Positions 17,610 to 26,380 of a stretch of 60,157 nt of DNA are shown in pieces. The stretch is from NCBI GenBank assembly GCA_035637575.1, contig DASPWY010000166.1, positions 1 through 60,157 of the forward strand, read 5' to 3'. A program made the translations under genes and the position numbers. The stretch is from Candidatus Bathyarchaeia archaeon (GTDB taxonomy: Archaea > Thermoproteota > Bathyarchaeia > 40CM-2-53-6). Positions within the stretch are counted from its first letter, which is position 1; each line of letters opens with the position of its first letter. The notes beneath the pieces were generated by a model. It did no database searches. It saw only the letters and a program-made list of their open reading frames with translations, and had not been told where the DNA came from.

Positions 17610-19370
17610 TTGAATGATTCACCGACGACCAAAGATTTGGAGCAGCCGACCCCTCAGCTAAGAGACAAACACAGGCTGCTCTCTGAACTCGCGAGGCGGA
17701 GAGGCTTCTTCTGGGGCTCCTTCGAAATATACGGGGGTGTAAGCGGCTTCATCGACCTAGGCCCCCTGGGAACCGGCCTGAAGCGGGAAATCGAAGCTAC
17801 ATGGAGAGAATTCTTCCTCAGGCCGCACGGATTCGTCGAGATATCGACTCCAATCATAACCCCTGAAAGAGTTCTCGAAGCGTCAGGTCACGTCCAGAAT
17901 TTCAAAGATCCGATGACGGAGTGTACCAACTGTCACCGAAGGTTCCGAGCCGACCAACTAATCAAGGAGAGCACGAGGACCGAGACCGAGGGTTTAGACC
18001 TAGAACAGCTATCTGTCCTCTTGAAGCAGGTAAAATGTCCTGAGTGCGGAGGAGTCCTCGGATCACCACAATACTTCGTAACCATGTTCAAGACAAACAT
18101 CGGCCCATATGGAGAAGACCCAGCCTATACTCGACCCGAAGCAGCGCAGGGAATATTCGTCGACTTCCACCGAGTACTCGAAGTGATGAGAGAAAAATTC
18201 CCCTTGGGGATTGCCCAGGTCGGAACGGTGTTACGAAACGAAATTTCACCCCGCCAAGGACCCATACGACTACGCGAATTCACCATAATGGACTTCGAGA
18301 TTTTCTTCGATCCTGAAAAACCAGAATGCCCCTACCTTGACGAGGTGAAGGCTGACAGGCTCTTCATCGTAACAGAGGATACCAGAAAGAAGGGAAGAAC
18401 CGAAACCACTAGCATCACGACAGCTGAAGCTCTCGAGAAACGACTTGTCAAATCCCCCTGGATGGCATATTTCATGGCCCAGTCCACAAGATTCCTTTCA
18501 CAGTTAGGGATTGACCAACACAGTCAACGATTCTTTGAGAAACTATCTACTGAAAGAGCGCATTATTCTGCTCAGACTTTCGATCATGAAGTGAAACTTG
18601 ACAGATGGGATTGGGTAGAAGTTGCCGGGTTCGCCTACAGAACCGATTTCGACCTTCGCAGTCACATGCAAGCCACCGGGATAGATCTACGAGTTTTCAA
18701 GGCGTATGATTCACCGATTGAGAAGAAAGTCCGAACCATCAGACCGAACCACGAAAAGATACGCCAACGATTCGGAGCAGATGCTGGAAGAATCATCAGC
18801 CTCCTAGCAAAGGAGGACCTACCTCGAATCCTCCAGGGTAAGAGACCCGGCGATTCGATCAAGATTGATGCTAATAATATCCCGGTCGATTTTTTCGACA
18901 CAAAAGAGAAGACCGTCAAGGAGGCCGGGGCAAAATTCCTTCCTCACGTCGTTGAACCCAGCTTCGGAGTAGAGAGACTAGTCTATTCCACGCTGGAACA
19001 TAATCTCAGGATGAAGGGAGAAAGACTGATTCTGCGCCTACCTTTCGGGATCGCCCCAACACAAGCCGTCGTCTGTCCCCTTGTTAACAAGAATGGACTC
19101 GTAGAGAGAGCCAAGAGGGTCCATCGAAGCCTACTCCATGGCGGCCTTCGGGTCGAGTATGACGATGCGGGGTCCATCGGGCGAAGGTATGCACGGGCTG
19201 ATGAAGCGGGGATACCACTCGGAATCACCATCGACTACGACACTATGAAGGATGATTCCGTCACACTCCGGGATCGAGACTCGTGGAACCAGATAAGGGT
19301 CCAAATCGACGACCTCAAGTCGACAATCGACTCCATTGTCAGCGGCGGGTTCCCTGCAAAAAATGGCTAG
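17610..19370 (+). CDS. glyS: Glycine-tRNA ligase (archaeal/eukaryotic-type class II)
   Basis: RRGFFWGSFEIYGGVSGFIDLGPLG, LRNEISPRQGPIRLREFT and PHVVEPSFGVERL are GlyRS motifs. The ORF-track start at 17475 overlaps rpoP with non-homologous sequence. The first plausible in-frame start after rpoP is the TTG at 17610. Confidence 0.9.
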   Translation: MNDSPTTKDLEQPTPQLRDKHRLLSELARRRGFFWGSFEIYGGVSGFIDLGPLGTGLKREIEATWREFFLRPHGFVEISTPIITPERVLEASGHVQNFKDPMTECTNCHRRFRADQLIKESTRTETEGLDLEQLSVLLKQVKCPECGGVLGSPQYFVTMFKTNIGPYGEDPAYTRPEAAQGIFVDFHRVLEVMREKFPLGIAQVGTVLRNEISPRQGPIRLREFTIMDFEIFFDPEKPECPYLDEVKADRLFIVTEDTRKKGRTETTSITTAEALEKRLVKSPWMAYFMAQSTRFLSQLGIDQHSQRFFEKLSTERAHYSAQTFDHEVKLDRWDWVEVAGFAYRTDFDLRSHMQATGIDLRVFKAYDSPIEKKVRTIRPNHEKIRQRFGADAGRIISLLAKEDLPRILQGKRPGDSIKIDANNIPVDFFDTKEKTVKEAGAKFLPHVVEPSFGVERLVYSTLEHNLRMKGERLILRLPFGIAPTQAVVCPLVNKNGLVERAKRVHRSLLHGGLRVEYDDAGSIGRRYARADEAGIPLGITIDYDTMKDDSVTLRDRDSWNQIRVQIDDLKSTIDSIVSGGFPAKNG

Positions 19371-19428
19371 GCGTACTGCAACTAGTTTTTATGGGAATGT
19401 CGCCCCTTCATTGCATTAGCCCTACCCG

Positions 19429-20097
19429 GTGTTGATGTTGACCTTTCCAGTTGAAACCGAAGCCAGCATTAGACGAAGAATCCTTGACATTTGTCGCGAT
19501 CAGACGAGGAATGTTGTCGAGATAACGCGAGAGCTTGCTCTGATGACTGATAGCGTTGGCGACGGCAAGGGCAAGGACGCGAAGGACCACTATCAGAACA
19601 TGGTCAAGATTCTGGACGATTTCGAAGGCACCAAGAAGAAACTACTAGAAGAGGTTGCTTCATTCGGGGCCCTATTGAGCAATCGGGAGGACTTCATCCG
19701 ACTCATCTTCCGGGTAGGCGAAGTAGCCGACTACGCTCAGGGAATAGGCTATCGACTGACCGCGGTTATCGATCGGAGCTGGAAGGTCGATAAGAGATAC
19801 ACCAAACGACTGTCCGAGCTCATCGGACTCGTTCTCGAAGAAATGTCCAAGATCCGCGAGACTATGATGTCTCTTGGATTCAACCCGACAAAAGCTATGG
19901 AGCTCTCGAAGGGCGTTGAGGAGACAGAAAGGAGGGTCGACACCGCTTACCGCTCGTTGGACTTGGAGGTGCTTGACGAGAAAATTCCTCTGCGCACACT
20001 CCTGTTGATCAGGGATCTCAGTGCGCATATGGAGAATATGGCGGATCTCGGGGTAGACGTTGTGGACCTAATCCGAGTCATCGCTCTAACCGCCTAG
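19429..20097 (+). CDS. DUF47 / PhoU-like helical protein (putative phosphate-transport regulator family)
   Basis: 222-aa all-helical protein with a DUF47-like layout. It starts with GTG. The call rests on family resemblance only. Confidence 0.5.
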   Translation: MLMLTFPVETEASIRRRILDICRDQTRNVVEITRELALMTDSVGDGKGKDAKDHYQNMVKILDDFEGTKKKLLEEVASFGALLSNREDFIRLIFRVGEVADYAQGIGYRLTAVIDRSWKVDKRYTKRLSELIGLVLEEMSKIRETMMSLGFNPTKAMELSKGVEETERRVDTAYRSLDLEVLDEKIPLRTLLLIRDLSAHMENMADLGVDVVDLIRVIALTA

Positions 20098-20104
20098 TAA
20101 GGCC

Positions 20105-20674
20105 ATGAAGACGCCCTCGGCTCAGGATCAAGCCGAACTTATTGGGACGAGGCTCATAATCTGGGATTACAAATCAGGTCTCGGCATATACAGATCAGGA
20201 TTCTTCGGAAAACCAGTAGGCATCCCCAAGCCAAAACCTGACCAGGACTTTGAAGTCCCACTTCTGTTAGATCTGATGGAGGGACTTTACTTGCTCGAAC
20301 ACAAAAGGATCGGCGTCATCGACGGACGTACCAAGAAACCGGTTGGAAAGAGTGTCCTGCTGAAGGCTGCTCGGGAAACCTATCGAGGCTTCAGCGCCGC
20401 CTACCAAGTGTACAAGGACTTGAGGGAGAAAGGGTACATCGTCACTCCCGGAATTAAGTTCGGGGCCGATTTCGCGGTGTACGAACATGGCCCAGGAATA
20501 GACCACGCTCCATTCATCGTCTCTGTTGAGACTCCTGAATCCGTGATGGGACCTTTCGAGGTGGTCCGAGCTGGAAGACTTGCTACGACCGTGAGAAAAC
20601 ACTTCATAATTGCGATTCCGGATACGAAGTCTGGAAAGATCCGGTATCTGGTGTTTCAATGGTTCAAAGCGTGA
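20105..20674 (+). CDS. endA: tRNA-splicing endonuclease (tRNA-intron lyase)
   Basis: It has the C-terminal catalytic domain GYIVTPGIKFGADFAVYEHGPGIDHAPFIVSV. Confidence 0.9.
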   Translation: MKTPSAQDQAELIGTRLIIWDYKSGLGIYRSGFFGKPVGIPKPKPDQDFEVPLLLDLMEGLYLLEHKRIGVIDGRTKKPVGKSVLLKAARETYRGFSAAYQVYKDLREKGYIVTPGIKFGADFAVYEHGPGIDHAPFIVSVETPESVMGPFEVVRAGRLATTVRKHFIIAIPDTKSGKIRYLVFQWFKA

Positions 20675-20691
20675 AACGCCGCGTTTCTATT

Positions 20692-21894
20692 CTAAACCGT
20701 GAGATCTTCCAGCCCGCGCGGGTAGTGGGTTATGAAGTCCATTCCATTCTTCGCGATAACAACTGTATCCGAGTGTCGGAATCCCGCGTAGCCGGGAAAG
20801 TACAGACCAGGCTCACATGAAAAGACCATTCCCTCGCGAATGACAGTCCGGTCTCCGGAATCAAGCCACGGTGGCTCGTGACCCTCTAAACCTATTCCGT
20901 GTCCTGTATGATGCCTAAGACCCTCCTTGAGCCCAGAGTCTTCAACAGATCTACTAGCCGCCTCGTCTACCCTGCCGCATGGTATTCCTGGCCGAAACTC
21001 TTTGAGAGCAGCGTTCTGTGCCGTCAACATGGCTTCAAAGCAACGAGTAGCTTTAGAGCTGGGCTTCCCAACAATCACGGTCCTTTCAAGCTCGCTCGTA
21101 TAGCCCCCCACTTCCACTCCGGCCTCTGTAACAAGAACATCTCCCCTCCGAATCTTCTTCTTACTGTAGACTGCGTGGGGAATCGCAGAGTTTCCACCCA
21201 CTTGTCCCCGGAAGCCCACTACTACCGGAGACAGGGCGATTTTCAACTGGACATAGGATTGTCCTATTTTCCTCAGCATTCTCGCGAGCGAATCGTAGCT
21301 TGATCTAACAGCGACCAGAGTATCATGAAGACCAGCGTGAGTATTCTCAAGCAAGATATCATGCGCTATCTCCGACCATTTTGCGCTCTCTCGGAGAAGT
21401 CGTATTTCTTGCCTCGATTTCACGAGCCGCAACTTATCCACAATGTCTCGTCCCGCAATGAACTTGGCCCGGCGCATTAGGTCCGGCAATGCCGGTCCTC
21501 GATAGCCATAGCCTCCACCTGCTCCCTCCATCGAATCTGTGGCAATCTTGGAAGAAGCAAGTCCTTTTTGAGCCAGAAATCTCGCGAATAGCCGCATAGG
21601 GTGTACTTTCCCCGGATAGTCGGGATACGTCAGGACCTCGCCCGCTATCGGACATTCCTGACGAATGTGGTCAAACTCTAAGTACGGAGCGATGAAGAAA
21701 GGCTGCTCCTCTTTGGGGATGACGGCTGCGAGGGGACGCTCTGTGGGAATATGCGCGAAGCCTGTTGTGTATAGGATTCTCGTTGAGTTGGTCAGGTACA
21801 GAGCTTCTATTCTTTCTCTTCGAAGCTGCTTCTGAATCTTCTCGATTCGACTCTTGTGTTCCGCGGTGGTAATTTTCAGCTCATCGACAGCCAT
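20692..21894 (-). CDS. M24-family metallopeptidase (Xaa-Pro aminopeptidase / creatinase fold)
   Basis: Metal-ligand motifs HHTGHGIGLEGHEPPW and FSCEPGLY are present, with a creatinase-like N-terminal domain. Confidence 0.88.
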   Translation of the reverse strand: MAVDELKITTAEHKSRIEKIQKQLRRERIEALYLTNSTRILYTTGFAHIPTERPLAAVIPKEEQPFFIAPYLEFDHIRQECPIAGEVLTYPDYPGKVHPMRLFARFLAQKGLASSKIATDSMEGAGGGYGYRGPALPDLMRRAKFIAGRDIVDKLRLVKSRQEIRLLRESAKWSEIAHDILLENTHAGLHDTLVAVRSSYDSLARMLRKIGQSYVQLKIALSPVVVGFRGQVGGNSAIPHAVYSKKKIRRGDVLVTEAGVEVGGYTSELERTVIVGKPSSKATRCFEAMLTAQNAALKEFRPGIPCGRVDEAASRSVEDSGLKEGLRHHTGHGIGLEGHEPPWLDSGDRTVIREGMVFSCEPGLYFPGYAGFRHSDTVVIAKNGMDFITHYPRGLEDLTV

Positions 21895-21954
21895 ATGCTT
21901 AGAGTGTGCATTTTCGACCCGTTAATAACTGGTAAGCAGGTCGAATACGGACAC

Positions 21955-21992
21955 CAAGAAAAAGAAACGGGAGGCTGGGGAAGAGACCAGCC
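21955..21992 (-). terminator. Hairpin plus T-rich tract terminating hsp20
   Basis: On the minus strand a GGCTGG-N8-CCAGCC hairpin (21973-21992, touching the stop codon) is followed by TTTCTTTTTCTT (complement of 21956-21967). Confidence 0.5.
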
Positions 21993-22579
21993 TAGTCTAT
22001 CTTTATTTGTTTGGGCTTGTTCCCAGGGGTCTTACGTGTGAGGACCAGTTCCAGAACTCCGTTCTTGTAGCTCGCCTTTGACGTATCGGGATCTACTTCA
22101 ACGGGGAGTTCTAGGGACTTGTAGAAACGCCTCCTGTCCGTGTCCACTTTGAGCACCAAGTTCCGTCCGTCGCATTCTAGCGCAATGTCTGACTTTTCTA
22201 CGCCTGGGAGTTCAGCGACAACCTTGACGGTGTCTGACTGAACCATGGCGTCAACGAGAGGTTCGCGTTCTTCTTTGACGTCGAGGCTTGGCTTCGCGGT
22301 TCCAAAGGGTCCTCCTTTGATTGATGGTTTCACATTGCCGAATTCTCTGACTATGGGTTTGCCGTCTGGTCCCATGCTGAACGAGTAGCCGTAGACGAAG
22401 GGTCCCATCTCTCTGACTCTTCCTCCGTCAGGCAGTTTTCTCTCACGGACCAGGTCTTTCGGTAGTTCGAGGCCTCGGAACATCTCTTCGAAGTTCTTGT
22501 CGAAATCGTCGAACCAGTTGGTCAATGGGGATCGGAAGCGTCGCTTGAACCATTCTGGGAAGAATTCATTGTCTTCCAA
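21992..22579 (-). CDS. Hsp20 / alpha-crystallin small heat-shock protein
   Basis: It has an alpha-crystallin domain: DTVKVVAELPGVEKSDIALECDGRNLVLKV ... ASYKNGVLELVL. Confidence 0.9.
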   Translation of the reverse strand: MEDNEFFPEWFKRRFRSPLTNWFDDFDKNFEEMFRGLELPKDLVRERKLPDGGRVREMGPFVYGYSFSMGPDGKPIVREFGNVKPSIKGGPFGTAKPSLDVKEEREPLVDAMVQSDTVKVVAELPGVEKSDIALECDGRNLVLKVDTDRRRFYKSLELPVEVDPDTSKASYKNGVLELVLTRKTPGNKPKQIKID

Positions 22580-23201
22580 TCGATTTCACCTCCTTGTGCC
22601 TATAATCGTCGAGGGTTTTGCGCGTCTTCTCCAAGAACGCGATGAACTCGGGCAGCACAGTCTTGCCGAGCTGGCTAAGCTCGTAGGTTCCTTCCACCGG
22701 CTCATCGACAATTCCGGCCTCTGATAGCGCTGTAAGATTATGGTAGACGAGTTTCGGGTTGATTCTCGCTCGAAACTCCCGTTTGAGAGCGGATTTTTGA
22801 AGCAGGGGTGCGAGCATTCGCATCCGGGTCTCATTCACTAGCAGTTCGATTGTGCGGAGCGTTTGCTGCAAGGTCTGCTCGAGTGTGTCGTCGAACCATC
22901 CTAATGTCTCAACCTGCACCTTTCCCCTGTTTAGTGCTCCTGGCGCTTCTTCTTCGATGAGGTCTGGAGCGATCTCTTCGGGGGAGAGAATCAAGGATCG
23001 AGCATTCTGCGATTGGCTGATGAGCCGTATGCTATTCCAGACTGTTTCTTCTGGGAGACTCGCGGAGCAGAATGCAACGATGATCTCTTCTTTCTTGATT
23101 CCGCAAAGGTCCGCTACGATAGTCGAATTGTCATCGTCTCTCCTCATGACGGGGTTGAGATATGTATCGAATCCGTTGCTTAGCAGCATTCTGGATGCCA
23201 T
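22566..23201 (-). CDS. Winged-helix (ArsR-like) DNA-binding protein co-transcribed with hsp20
   Basis: The C-terminal half (RMRMLAPLLQKSALKREFRARINPKLVYHNLTALSEAGIVDEPVEGTYELSQLGK) has an ArsR/wHTH pattern. Its 3' end overlaps the hsp20 start by 14 nt. Confidence 0.65.
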   Translation of the reverse strand: MASRMLLSNGFDTYLNPVMRRDDDNSTIVADLCGIKKEEIIVAFCSASLPEETVWNSIRLISQSQNARSLILSPEEIAPDLIEEEAPGALNRGKVQVETLGWFDDTLEQTLQQTLRTIELLVNETRMRMLAPLLQKSALKREFRARINPKLVYHNLTALSEAGIVDEPVEGTYELSQLGKTVLPEFIAFLEKTRKTLDDYRHKEVKSIGRQ

Positions 23202-23350
23202 GTATTTCTGAAAGACTTCGAGTTCCTTATCGCTCGTTGGGTCACCGAATCGATTACTGAACGTCCCGTAGTCTAGGGCGGTTCTTGGCTCTACTCTCTG
23301 TGCTGGATGTTCGCTGGAAAGTCCTAAGTTCGTTGCGCTAGCCCTCTTCT

Positions 23351-23397
23351 GTTACCTATGGTAACGGACGGGACAGATAAATGTTACCTGAAGTAAC
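23351..23397. promoter_or_regulatory. Two GTTAC(C)...G(G)TAAC palindromes bracketing a TATA-like element upstream of the wHTH-hsp20 operon
   Basis: GTTACCTATGGTAAC lies at 23351-23365 and GTTACCTGAAGTAAC at 23383-23397. Between them the minus strand reads CATTTATCTG (23373-23382). Confidence 0.35.
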
Positions 23398-23416
23398 TAA
23401 CGGCATGTGGATAACG

Positions 23417-23920
23417 CTAGGAGACGGACACTCTTGTTACCCCCCCAATCTTGAGAAGTCTGGGAACTATTTCTCCAGGCACCGCCTTGTCACCGATCAA
23501 GACTAGCTTGGGCTCTGGCGCCAATTCTGGATCATCAACTAGCGCCTGTCGAATGCTTATTCCCAGCTCTGAGAATAGCTGCGAAGCTTCGGCTAAGATT
23601 CCCGGTCTATGAGGATCTTGAACCACGATTTCTACCACGCCGAGGCCAAGCTGCTTTGCGACTCCTTTGAGGGACATTCCGGCGGATCTCAGATTCGAAA
23701 ATAGAGTTTTGAGTTCTGGACTGTTCTCGACCATTCGTATCGTCTCGTCTACAGTTCGTCTATCTACCCCCGCTGACTTTGCTATTCTTACAATTGGGAC
23801 CTCGATGTCGTTCAGATAGATTCCTTCGTCTCTAAGACTAAACCCATTCTCGAGAAGTGTCCGGACGACTCTCAACCGCTCGGGATGTCCCTCCATCAGA
23901 GCCTCTATCTTGTGCCACAC
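23417..23920 (-). CDS. ACT-domain regulator of amino-acid metabolism (COG2150-like: HTH-like N-terminus plus ACT)
   Basis: The N-terminal part is RVVRTLLENGFSLRDEGIYLNDIEVPIVRIAKSAGVDRRTVDETIR. The C-terminal part is ACT-like: VVEIVVQDPHRPGILAEASQLFSELGISIRQALV. The start codon is GTG. Confidence 0.7.
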   Translation of the reverse strand: MWHKIEALMEGHPERLRVVRTLLENGFSLRDEGIYLNDIEVPIVRIAKSAGVDRRTVDETIRMVENSPELKTLFSNLRSAGMSLKGVAKQLGLGVVEIVVQDPHRPGILAEASQLFSELGISIRQALVDDPELAPEPKLVLIGDKAVPGEIVPRLLKIGGVTRVSVS

Positions 23921-23937
23921 TTGTGCCCAACTCCTAC

Positions 23938-23951
23938 GTACAGAACTGTAC
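23938..23951. promoter_or_regulatory. Perfect palindrome GTACAGAACTGTAC in the ACT-regulator/trpB2 divergent spacer (candidate operator)
   Basis: A 6+2+6 inverted repeat sits 9 nt upstream of a TTAAAAT TATA-like box (23960-23966). That box is itself centred 24 nt upstream of the trpB2 TTG start at 23987. Confidence 0.35.
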
Positions 23952-23986
23952 TGGCAAGCTTAAAATGTTACTTACACGCATAGACA

Positions 23987-25360
23987 TTGACGTTTCGCTT
24001 GCAAACTCTTGCAACACGAGACCCTACGAGAATCAACCTTTCTCAAGACGAGATACCAGCCAGCTGGTACAACATTCAGGCCGATCTTACTGAGCCTTTA
24101 CCTCCACCCTTAGATCCAGGAACAAAACAACCCATCAACCCAGCCGCACTAGAGAGAATCTTCGCAAAAGAGCTGATTCGCCAGGAAATCAGCTCAGAAC
24201 AGAATATCACCATCCCAGAGACGGTTCGAGACGCCTATATCCAGATAGGTAGACCGACTCCGCTGGTACGGGCAAAGAGACTTGAGAGGTTTCTAAAGAC
24301 ACCCGCCAAGATCTTCTATAAGGCAGAATACCTCAGCCCAACCGGAAGCCACAAGCCCAACACGGCGCTAGCTCAGGCCTATTACAACAGCCAGCAGGGA
24401 ACCCAGAGACTAGTGACCGAGTCCGGGGCTGGCCAGTGGGGATCGGCTCTCGCCCTTGCTTCCTCGATCTTCGACCTGAAGTGCAGGGTTTACATGGTCC
24501 GAGTCAGCTACGACCAGAAGCCCGGCCGAAGAACTATGATGGAAACGTACGGGGCCCAAGTCTTTCCCTCGCCCAGTAAGGAGACCAAATTTGGAAAATC
24601 TCTGCTCGACCAGAATCAGGACCATCCTGGGACCCTGGGGATAGCGATCAGTGAAGCGCTGGAGGATACCGTGACTCACGAGGGCTCACGGTATTGCCTG
24701 GGTTCAGTATTGAACCATGTCCTACTGCACCAGTCAATCATAGGACTTGAAGCGAAGAAACAATTTGAGAGCATCGACACCGAACCCGACGTTATTGCCG
24801 GATGCATTGGAGGAGGATCGAACTTCGCTGGCTTCGCCTATCCCTTCATGTCAGACCGGTTGAAAGGCAAATCCGAGTCAAAGTTTGTCGCGTGCGAACC
24901 AAAGGCTGTACCCTCAACGACTCGAGGCATCTACACCTACGACTTTGGGGATACCGCGGAAATGACTCCGCTGTTGAAAATGTACACCGTTGGACACAAG
25001 TATGTTTCACCGCCCATCCACTCGGGGGGCCTACGATATCATGGAAAGGCCCCCTCACTCTGCTATCTGATCTACAAGGGACTGGTAAAGTCCATCGCCT
25101 ATCATCAGACAGAGGTTTTCAAGGCTGCGAGAACGTTCGCGCAGACTGAAGGAATGATCCCCGCGCCAGAGACCGCGCATTGCATCAAATACGTAATTGA
25201 TGAAGCGATAAGATGTAAGGAGTCAAAAGAAGAGAAAGTCATAGCGTTCAACAATTGCGGACACGGTCTCTTGGACCTCAAGGCGTACGAAGACTTTCAA
25301 GCAGGGAGACTTGTAGACTACGAGCCTGCCAGTATTCAAGTCGAATCCTACCTTGGATGA
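23987..25360 (+). CDS. trpB2: TrpB2-type tryptophan synthase beta-like PLP enzyme
   Basis: It has the N-terminal IPASWYNIQADL, the PLP-lysine motif LSPTGSHKPNTALAQAYY and GCIGGGSNFAGFAYPF. The 457-aa length is typical of TrpB2. The start codon is TTG. Confidence 0.88.
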   Translation: MTFRLQTLATRDPTRINLSQDEIPASWYNIQADLTEPLPPPLDPGTKQPINPAALERIFAKELIRQEISSEQNITIPETVRDAYIQIGRPTPLVRAKRLERFLKTPAKIFYKAEYLSPTGSHKPNTALAQAYYNSQQGTQRLVTESGAGQWGSALALASSIFDLKCRVYMVRVSYDQKPGRRTMMETYGAQVFPSPSKETKFGKSLLDQNQDHPGTLGIAISEALEDTVTHEGSRYCLGSVLNHVLLHQSIIGLEAKKQFESIDTEPDVIAGCIGGGSNFAGFAYPFMSDRLKGKSESKFVACEPKAVPSTTRGIYTYDFGDTAEMTPLLKMYTVGHKYVSPPIHSGGLRYHGKAPSLCYLIYKGLVKSIAYHQTEVFKAARTFAQTEGMIPAPETAHCIKYVIDEAIRCKESKEEKVIAFNNCGHGLLDLKAYEDFQAGRLVDYEPASIQVESYLG

Positions 25361-25676
25361 GAGGCAGTTCCAGGATAGAATAGTCCAACTAATCTCGATC
25401 GAGAAGCGTCCGGAGGACGCGCTTGAACTCCTCTCCCAGCATTATCGCGTTGAAATGCCTGCTCTCAGGATCGGACTCCCGCGCGGGGAGAAGAGGGCGC
25501 TTGGATGCTATGTCCATCGTGAAAAAACGATCTACATATCCAATCAAGAATATCTCTACGACCCTTATGTGCTCATTCACGAGTTTTACCACCATCTGAG
25601 AAATGTTGGCGGTAAGCACCGCGGCACGGAAAGACATGCAAAAGAGTTCGCGCTATCTTTTCTCAGGACGCCCTAA
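25353..25676 (+). CDS. Small HExxH-motif protein (putative minimal zinc metallopeptidase-like), overlapping the trpB2 stop
   Basis: 107 aa with the motif HEFYHHL, followed by a downstream GTERHAKEF. The TTG start overlaps the trpB2 3' end by 8 nt. Confidence 0.5.
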   Translation: MDERQFQDRIVQLISIEKRPEDALELLSQHYRVEMPALRIGLPRGEKRALGCYVHREKTIYISNQEYLYDPYVLIHEFYHHLRNVGGKHRGTERHAKEFALSFLRTP

Positions 25677-25725
25677 GCCTTGATACGCGGAAGACTAGAA
25701 AAGGAACAGACTTGAGTCTAAGACT

Positions 25726-25935
25726 TCAAGTCCACAAAGTGTTAGGGAGCGTTTTCTCCGGGATGTGCGCTATGTGCCTGGCGGCGTAGACTTCGCCGCA
25801 GTGCGGGCAGCGTAGACTGCGTCGCCACATCCTGTAGACGAGCCTTAACGCGATGTAGCTCATGAGAAAGACGATAACTCCGAAAACCGCTGCATCAGCG
25901 TTTATGATGAAAATGAAGTAGTGAAAGTCGACCAT
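25726..25935 (-). CDS. Small membrane protein with a CPHCG motif (hypothetical)
   Basis: 69 aa with a hydrophobic helix (AAVFGVIVFLMSYIALRLV) followed by RCPHCGEVY. No family was recognised. Confidence 0.4.
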   Translation of the reverse strand: MVDFHYFIFIINADAAVFGVIVFLMSYIALRLVYRMWRRSLRCPHCGEVYAARHIAHIPEKTLPNTLWT

Positions 25936-26103
25936 TTGTCAGGCGTCCCCCGGGCCCGCGTGAGATTGCTGTGGATAGCCGTGTGGATCGTATCTGGAAT
26001 CCATAGGTTATATTGGCCGCCATGTGGTATAAACCTACCTCGAAAAGAAAATGCGCGATTCTTATATCGTCTGTAGAATGTTTCTCAAAAAGAGGAGGGA
26101 AAC

Positions 26104-26295
26104 CTAGGGCTGGCTGCTCGGAGCAGTCGCCTGCTGGGGCTGAAGAATCTCATCCGCGTGAGTGATCTTCACCAGACCCTTCAACAACAATCTATTCGTC
26201 ATCTTTGCGCAAATATCACAGTCTTTACCAGGGCAGTAGCCCTTCAGGAAATTCTCGCACTTCCATCGATAATTTTCGATCTCCACTGTGGACAT
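26104..26295 (-). CDS. Small Cys-rich hypothetical protein
   Basis: 63 aa with a C-x8-C-x4-C-x2-C pattern (CENFLKGYCPGKDCDIC). No family was recognised. Confidence 0.35.
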   Translation of the reverse strand: MSTVEIENYRWKCENFLKGYCPGKDCDICAKMTNRLLLKGLVKITHADEILQPQQATAPSSQP

Positions 26296-26380
26296 ACAAA
26301 TAGGGCCTTTCTTCGCACTCTCCCTTTCCCCAAATCGACTAAAGCCTCGCGTAACTAGCCGGCAAAATTCCCAGTAACAA

